NCBI GenBank assembly: GCA_944358735.1
Contig: CALVRT010000081.1
Span: forward strand, 1-62,654
Direction of reading: 5' to 3'
Source: an uncultured Bacilli bacterium
GTDB lineage: Bacteria > Bacillota_I > Bacilli_A > RF39 > UBA660
Length of the DNA stretch: 62,654 nt
How positions within the stretch are numbered: position 1 is the first letter of the stretch; each line of letters begins with the position of its first letter. Below are positions 57,308 to 62,654 of the stretch, in pieces. A program made the position numbers and the translations under genes. The notes under the pieces were generated by a model. The model ran no database searches and had not been told where the DNA came from. It worked only from the letters and a program-made list of their open reading frames with translations.

Positions 57308-57698
57308 ATTTCTCCTCTAAAACATTTAACACTTCTTTATAAATAGATAGTTTAATTTCAGAATTATTTTTACAATTCCATTTACTATCAATTAGTTCAT
57401 TTTTGATTTTACAATAACTATTTTTGTCAACAAAATAACTATAACCAAACCTATAGAAAACATTTTCCCAATCTTTTATCCTCGATTGTGGTAGTTTTAG
57501 ATTCATTATAGTTACATTAAATCCTGCGATTGCAAAAATTTCCTTACAAGTTAACTCAGGATGTTTTTGTCTTTGAATAATACACCAAAGTTTAAACAAA
57601 GGATCGTATTTAATAAATCTAGAATTATCTACGCTTAACACAAATGGATTAACTTTCAACAATTCGATTTCTTTTTTAGTATAAATTTTACTTTTCAT
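57282..57698 (-). CDS. hypothetical protein with a transposase-ORF-A-like HTH pattern
   Basis: YTKKEIELLKVNPFV ... CKEIFAIAGFNV resembles small HTH proteins common on Firmicute mobile elements. Confidence 0.45.
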   Translation of the reverse strand: MKSKIYTKKEIELLKVNPFVLSVDNSRFIKYDPLFKLWCIIQRQKHPELTCKEIFAIAGFNVTIMNLKLPQSRIKDWENVFYRFGYSYFVDKNSYCKIKNELIDSKWNCKNNSEIKLSIYKEVLNVLEEKYGRHTYKN

Positions 57699-57858
57699 TT
57701 TTAATATCCCCCCTATTTATAATTTCTTTTTCCCTAACTAAATAACCAATTTGAGCAAGTTCTAAAATCAGAGAATTTAAAGAAATGCCAAAATACTTTG
57801 CCATAATTTTAAATTTCTCATATGTATAAATATCTATTCTAAATGTAAATCTTTTCAT
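57688..57858 (-). CDS. small ribbon-helix-helix (CopG/Arc-like) protein
   Basis: MKRFTFRIDIYTYEKFKIMAKYFGISLNSLILELAQIGY. Start at ATG 57858 (AAGGGG upstream); the longer track ORF is unlikely. Confidence 0.55.
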   Translation of the reverse strand: MKRFTFRIDIYTYEKFKIMAKYFGISLNSLILELAQIGYLVREKEIINRGDIKNEK

Positions 57859-58135
57859 TATTTTCCCCTTTTCTATTGTCCCAAACATAACAAAAAAACA
57901 CCTAATTTTTTTAAGTGTTTTTATATCAGGATAAGTGGATGACACCATATTCATTATTTTTCTTTGAAAAACAACAAATTTTAATGGTGTCAAACTTATT
58001 TTGCACTTGCAAAATTAATCCCATATATTAATTTAAAATTAAATTAATCTTTATATTTAAATATAAATTATAGTCCCACTTTTTAAATCAAATAAATTTT
58101 AATGGGATATATGTTTATTCGTTGTTTTTTACAAA

Positions 58136-59569
58136 TTATACTTCATTCTTATTATTATAAATAGTACCGATTAAAACATTTGAGTTATGTTTCGACTTTA
58201 TTTCATAATCAATAGAATCTAACTTTTCAGTAAACAATAATCTTGATGGAAAAAGTACAATTTCGTTTGGTTTTATTTTGGTTTGTTCAAATTTAATATA
58301 ACAAAAATCCTCAGCATCGATTACATTATAATTAGAAACACTTTTAATATAATCATAAAAATATTCCATATAATCATCATAAGTAGGTTCTAAAACCTTC
58401 ATCGGAGAAATCATATGACTTGTTGGTAAGGCTGGTGATTCTATTTTGGATTTACACGAAGGTAAATTTGCACCAATAATTTTTTCTATTTTTAAAAAAT
58501 TATCAATCATATTATCTTCTATTATCTTTTCTATAATTGCTTCTGATGGGACTGGAAATTTTACAAAATTCAAAAATTTAGATTTTGGAACTTTTAAAGT
58601 CACTTCAATATCTTCATCAAATTTTTTACCACAATTCTCAATTGCTAATTCTACATAATATAAATTATTTATATTATTATTAAATTTTTTTATACCTTTA
58701 TATATAGCTATTGTTTTAGATAATTCAGACAATAAATTATATTTTTCACGTTCTGTAGCCGTTCCATAATAAGTCCCTGAATATCCTAATCCTATACTAA
58801 AAAAATGTAAATTACCGATATCAAAAAAGTTTTCGGTTAATTCAATTTTATTTTCATCGGCATAACGCTTAATAAGTTTTTTCTCTTCTGCTGTCATTTC
58901 TAATTTTGTTCCAAAACTAAGTTCGCTTTTTTCTATAACTATTTTTTTTATTTTATCAATTATATCATCAATCATTATTTTTGCATTTTCATCATTAAAT
59001 TCACGATCAAATTTATGCAATTCAAAATTATCATTCTCTTTCTTATTAATTATTCCTTTTACTTTAATGTAACTACTTTCACTTTTCACTTTTTCTTTAT
59101 AAAACATATCAAGGTCTCTTCTACTTACATACTCATTTTTTTGACCTATTCTAATTTTAATAGTTCCTTTTTTTAAGTCACCATATTGTTTGCTTAATAT
59201 ATATGGTTTATCTACATTTGTTTCAACAATTTTAAAAATTCCGTATTTATTACCTTTATAATCCAAAACTTTAAAATCAACGATTATTTTAGGTTCTATA
59301 TTATCATTGATTAGACTTTGGTAATCTGCACCATCTTTAATCTTGTCAACAGATACACCAAAAAAATCTCTAGGTTTATCCCTATATAATTTTACTCCTG
59401 TAATAATATATTTGTTTCCAGACTGATGGCAATTAGCAAAAGATAATACATCAATTAAAAAATCTTGTTTTTCTTTTAAATTAGAAAAATCATATATATC
59501 ACGTTTAAAATCAAAAAAACTATTTTCTTCTTCGTGTTCAACACAGTATATCAAAAAATCATCATCCAT
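58136..59569 (-). CDS. AlbA_2 / Schlafen-like putative DNA-binding domain protein with an unknown C-terminal region of about 300 aa
   Basis: EEENSFFDFKRDIYDFSNLKEKQDFLIDVLSFANCHQSGNKYIITGV fits the E-x-E-F-K ... AFAN-x-GG-x-IIGV pattern of the divergent-AAA/AlbA_2 domain. Confidence 0.55.
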   Translation of the reverse strand: MDDDFLIYCVEHEEENSFFDFKRDIYDFSNLKEKQDFLIDVLSFANCHQSGNKYIITGVKLYRDKPRDFFGVSVDKIKDGADYQSLINDNIEPKIIVDFKVLDYKGNKYGIFKIVETNVDKPYILSKQYGDLKKGTIKIRIGQKNEYVSRRDLDMFYKEKVKSESSYIKVKGIINKKENDNFELHKFDREFNDENAKIMIDDIIDKIKKIVIEKSELSFGTKLEMTAEEKKLIKRYADENKIELTENFFDIGNLHFFSIGLGYSGTYYGTATEREKYNLLSELSKTIAIYKGIKKFNNNINNLYYVELAIENCGKKFDEDIEVTLKVPKSKFLNFVKFPVPSEAIIEKIIEDNMIDNFLKIEKIIGANLPSCKSKIESPALPTSHMISPMKVLEPTYDDYMEYFYDYIKSVSNYNVIDAEDFCYIKFEQTKIKPNEIVLFPSRLLFTEKLDSIDYEIKSKHNSNVLIGTIYNNKNEV

Positions 59570-59663
59570 TTTTTCACCTCATTCTTTTTAGACAACAATA
59601 CATAAAATAACAATTAATATACATTTAAATATTGTATCATAATATTTAAAAAGGTAAAGGATA

Positions 59664-60509
59664 TTATGTATTAAAATTAATTAAATTCATTCCATCTACT
59701 TTTTTCTTATCATTTGTCTGTACTTCAAAATGTAAATGAGGTCCTGTAGAATAACCTGTAGTTCCTACACTAGCAAGTTGTTTTCCTTGACTAACATTCA
59801 TACCTTTTTTTACTTTTGAAGAATTTGGATACAAATGTCCATAAATAACATAGTAAGTTGCACTTGGTACATCGCATCTTAATTTTATATAATTACCATA
59901 GTCCCCATTTTTATCAATCGAATTTGATAAGTATTTAAAACTAGCGACTTCTATAATACCATCACAAACAGCATATACCGGAGTCTCATTACTTGCTGCT
60001 AAATCCCACGCTCCATGAACATCAGATTTTCCATATACAATTCTTTCTTGCATAAAATAACTAGTTACTGTTACTTTATTAAAATCAATAGGCTTTGAAA
60101 ATGGTTTTGAACTTAAATTATTATCTTGCTCATTAATATTATTACAAAGTGACATATTATTGTATTTTTTCATATCACAAACTTCATCTAATATTTTCAT
60201 TTGTTTATTTATTTTATCTAAATTGTCACTATAAATTTCATCAAATGAAAAAGAACTATCTTCATTGTAAAACTTTACTATTCTGGATAAAGTTACATAG
60301 CCATCGTTATTTTTTATATTTTTAGAAACAACAGGTAAATATAAATTGGAATATTTCGAATTATTTTTTACATATTCATCTTCTATATCACTATTAGTCG
60401 TATCAGTATTAAAAAAATTTAAAACACTTAAACAGGCAGTTAAAATTACAAAAAATATACAAATACAAACACCGCCAATTCCAGCACCTATAGCTAATAC
60501 TTTATTCAC
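59664..60509 (-). CDS. membrane-anchored M23 (LytM) peptidoglycan hydrolase of the conjugation apparatus
   Basis: N-terminal TM helix; HGAWDL and GTTGYSTGPHLHFEV zinc-ligand motifs. Confidence 0.85.
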   Translation of the reverse strand: MNKVLAIGAGIGGVCICIFFVILTACLSVLNFFNTDTTNSDIEDEYVKNNSKYSNLYLPVVSKNIKNNDGYVTLSRIVKFYNEDSSFSFDEIYSDNLDKINKQMKILDEVCDMKKYNNMSLCNNINEQDNNLSSKPFSKPIDFNKVTVTSYFMQERIVYGKSDVHGAWDLAASNETPVYAVCDGIIEVASFKYLSNSIDKNGDYGNYIKLRCDVPSATYYVIYGHLYPNSSKVKKGMNVSQGKQLASVGTTGYSTGPHLHFEVQTNDKKKVDGMNLINFNT

Positions 60510-60799
60510 ATTTCTACATCCTTATTTTTTGAAAAAGAAAATTCATTTATCATTCTAGATATATTAAGTGAATGATATAATTGATTAAAATTATCATCAT
60601 AGTTTAAATCTTTATTCAATACTAAATTATAAAGATCTTGTGCAACTTCTTCTAATAAATTTCTAGGATTACTTTTCAACATTCGCATTATATCTTGATA
60701 CGCTTCATCTTTATCTTCATATATTTCACCAATAAAATTCTTTCTATATTGTCCAAAATAATCACATACATTATTTGCAAGTTCAGTTATTTTCATCAT
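60506..60799 (-). CDS. hypothetical protein of the element
   Basis: Overlaps both neighbours (4 nt and 17 nt), suggesting an operon. Confidence 0.45.
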   Translation of the reverse strand: MMKITELANNVCDYFGQYRKNFIGEIYEDKDEAYQDIMRMLKSNPRNLLEEVAQDLYNLVLNKDLNYDDNFNQLYHSLNISRMINEFSFSKNKDVEM

Positions 60800-62654
60800 A
60801 TACTTCTCCCATCATTTTTCTTTCTAAATTAGTTGCTTGAATTAAAATTCTAAGTCTTTTTTTAGTATCAATATTTAGTAAAAATTCGCCTCTTTTAGCA
60901 AGTCCTAAAAAATGTTTTTGGGTATCAGTTAAAGGATTTTGTTTAAATAGTTCCAAATAAGCAAGTAAATCATCTTCTTTAAGCATTCCTACCATTTGAT
61001 ACTGACAATTATTAAATATAGCAGTAGAATGTCTTAATATCTGATTAGAACCAACAAAGTCTTTGATTGATTGTGTGGCCACCACTAAAGAACCATAATA
61101 TTTTCTTAATCTACGAGCGAGTTGTCCAAAATTTCTTAACACTTCAAAATTATTTTCGTCAATAAATAAATGAAATTCATCCGCAACTATCATTATTCTT
61201 TTTCTATCTTCAATTTTCAATTTATCATTATTAATTTTATTAGCGACTATATTATTGTTTAAATATGTTAATAGATTTAATGTTTGGGTATTAATTAATC
61301 TTCTGTTTTCACTATATAAAAGTTCCTGAAGATTAAAGGCAATTAAATCATTATCTAAATTTATATTTGTATAACCGTCAAACAAATATGAATCAGTTCC
61401 AGTTAAAAATCTTGAAAGCAGTATATCTAATTGTTCCACTATCCTTCTTTTTTCTTTACTTTCCAACTCTTTTTTATATTCCGGTAAATAGTTATATAAA
61501 TCCGTAAAAATTGGATAGTCTTCTGGCCTTAACGATTGTAAAGTGTTAATAGAAGTGTTTTTATAAATACCTTTTTTATTATATAATTTTTCTACTATTG
61601 CCAATAACATTATTAATTCTTTTTCAGTAATATCTTCAAAAGCAGATTTAAAAAAAGCCTCTAGGAAACCTAAATGTTTGGCTAGTGGGCAATCTGTTTC
61701 TCTAACGTCTGAATCCGATTCATCTTCATCACCTGAAATATATCTAATTTGTAGCGGATTTATAATTCCACCTTTTTTAGAATACAGGTCAATATATTCT
61801 CCACCATTGGCTTTAACTAATTTTTTGTATTCATTTTCTGCGTCAAAAATAAAGATTTTAGTTCCTCTAGCAAATTCATTAACAATTATTTTTTTCATTG
61901 TATAAGACTTACCACCACCAGTTGACGCTACTATCGCAATGTTATGTGATGTTCTAGAATCATTAATAATAAATGGGTCAAAAAAAGTTGGCAAGGATGT
62001 ATGAATATCAACACCTAACATATAACCGCTTGAGTCATTGTAGCAGTTTTTAGTAAATGGAAAACCAGCGCTTAAAGTAAGTGTTGGTAAATATATAGAA
62101 TAATCATCTAAAGTTCTAGTAGTCAGGTCATAACATTGCCATGTTTCCATTTGCCTTAATCTAGGTACATCTAATTTAATTTGAAAAGAATCAGCAATTC
62201 TTCTAAGTTCTCTTATCGTATTTTCCCTTGTTTTTTTATCTCCAATCACAATTAATATTAAAGCAACTTCTTTTATTTTTTCATCACCGTTTTTTATTTC
62301 ATTCATTAAAACCTGAAAATTTTCTTGTTGTCTATCTAATTCAGTCGCATCTGATAATTTTCTAGTAGTATTTCTATCACTTAATAAAAATTGATATTGT
62401 GAATTAACCCATTTAATTAGTTCATCTTGTGAAATGGTATCTTTAACAGTAAGACAAGCCCTTACTTTTGGAACATTAAATATATCTTCAAAAAACATCT
62501 CATCAACAAATGGTGGAATGTTTTTTATAGTTACCATTTGTAATTCTTTCTCATCAAATCTTAAATTACTAGTTTTTTCATTTAAACTCATTGGGCATAT
62601 TAAATTAGGCAAATCACACCAACTCAATTGATCTAAAGTATTATATGTTAGATA
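60783..62654 (-). CDS. VirB4/TcpF-like conjugation ATPase, 5'-partial
   Basis: Walker A ASTGGGKSYTMKK and Walker B MIVADEFHLF. The reading frame stays open upstream of the TTG at 62627 to the window edge. Confidence 0.85.
   Translation of the reverse strand, partial: YLTYNTLDQLSWCDLPNLICPMSLNEKTSNLRFDEKELQMVTIKNIPPFVDEMFFEDIFNVPKVRACLTVKDTISQDELIKWVNSQYQFLLSDRNTTRKLSDATELDRQQENFQVLMNEIKNGDEKIKEVALILIVIGDKKTRENTIRELRRIADSFQIKLDVPRLRQMETWQCYDLTTRTLDDYSIYLPTLTLSAGFPFTKNCYNDSSGYMLGVDIHTSLPTFFDPFIINDSRTSHNIAIVASTGGGKSYTMKKIIVNEFARGTKIFIFDAENEYKKLVKANGGEYIDLYSKKGGIINPLQIRYISGDEDESDSDVRETDCPLAKHLGFLEAFFKSAFEDITEKELIMLLAIVEKLYNKKGIYKNTSINTLQSLRPEDYPIFTDLYNYLPEYKKELESKEKRRIVEQLDILLSRFLTGTDSYLFDGYTNINLDNDLIAFNLQELLYSENRRLINTQTLNLLTYLNNNIVANKINNDKLKIEDRKRIMIVADEFHLFIDENNFEVLRNFGQLARRLRKYYGSLVVATQSIKDFVGSNQILRHSTAIFNNCQYQMVGMLKEDDLLAYLELFKQNPLTDTQKHFLGLAKRGEFLLNIDTKKRLRILIQATNLERKMMGEVYDENN

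Larger units (their letters stand above)
50957..62654. mobile_element. one end of an integrative conjugative element; it continues beyond the window
   Basis: A terminal large serine recombinase, a VirD4-type coupling protein, a relaxase module, an M23 hydrolase and a VirB4-like ATPase, all on one strand. The DNA is visibly more AT-rich than the flank and abuts a truncated host gene. Confidence 0.85.

Overview
This is an AT-rich (by eye about 70% A+T) chromosomal segment from an endospore-forming low-GC Firmicute. Sporulation markers include spoIVB, spoIVFA/spoIVFB, a CotD-like coat protein and Prp-processed L27. The standard genetic code fits: TAA, TAG and TGA all terminate genes, and CGA, CGG and AGG fall at conserved Arg positions. 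All family calls come from motifs I recognise in the translations; no database search was possible.

Positions 1-50.9 kb are tightly packed housekeeping genes, mostly on the minus strand. They include lspA-rluD, helD, rnhC, cvpA-trxA-rbr, spoIVB, rpsO-pnp, tkt, lexA, nusB-xseA-xseB, spoIVFA-spoIVFB-rplU-prp-rpmA, RNase J, a lipid kinase, a cysteine desulfurase, ffh, ftsA-ftsZ, one tRNA-Thr, pyrG and a phosphohexomutase.

From about 50.96 kb to the right edge lies one end of a more AT-rich conjugative element. It carries a large serine recombinase, a VirD4-type coupling protein, a relaxase module, an M23 hydrolase and a VirB4-like ATPase. It appears to have inserted into an Amidase_3 gene, of which only the first 15 or so codons remain.

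Observations worth a second look:
1. ffh, an acyl-CoA synthetase gene and a secreted-protein gene are each interrupted within their first 13 codons (two in-frame TAA codons and an A7 -1 slip site), while the other roughly 65 coding genes look intact.
2. A 13-codon leader ORF with three consecutive Arg codons sits inside a terminator/antiterminator leader upstream of an ArgE/DapE-like deacylase plus GNAT operon.
3. A promoter-to-terminator non-coding transcription unit of about 169 nt lies just after pnp and is a possible 6S-like RNA.
4. An unannotated 44-codon membrane peptide lies divergent from lexA, with a LexA box inside its promoter spacer.
5. A translationally coupled B12-radical-SAM and UDG-family-4-like gene pair.
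6. A 38-bp perfect direct repeat brackets helD and a decayed CYTH gene.
7. Orphan pilin-like genes are scattered among housekeeping genes.
8. A hybrid kinase-like protein lacks its phospho-accepting His.

No CRISPR array or rRNA gene is present.
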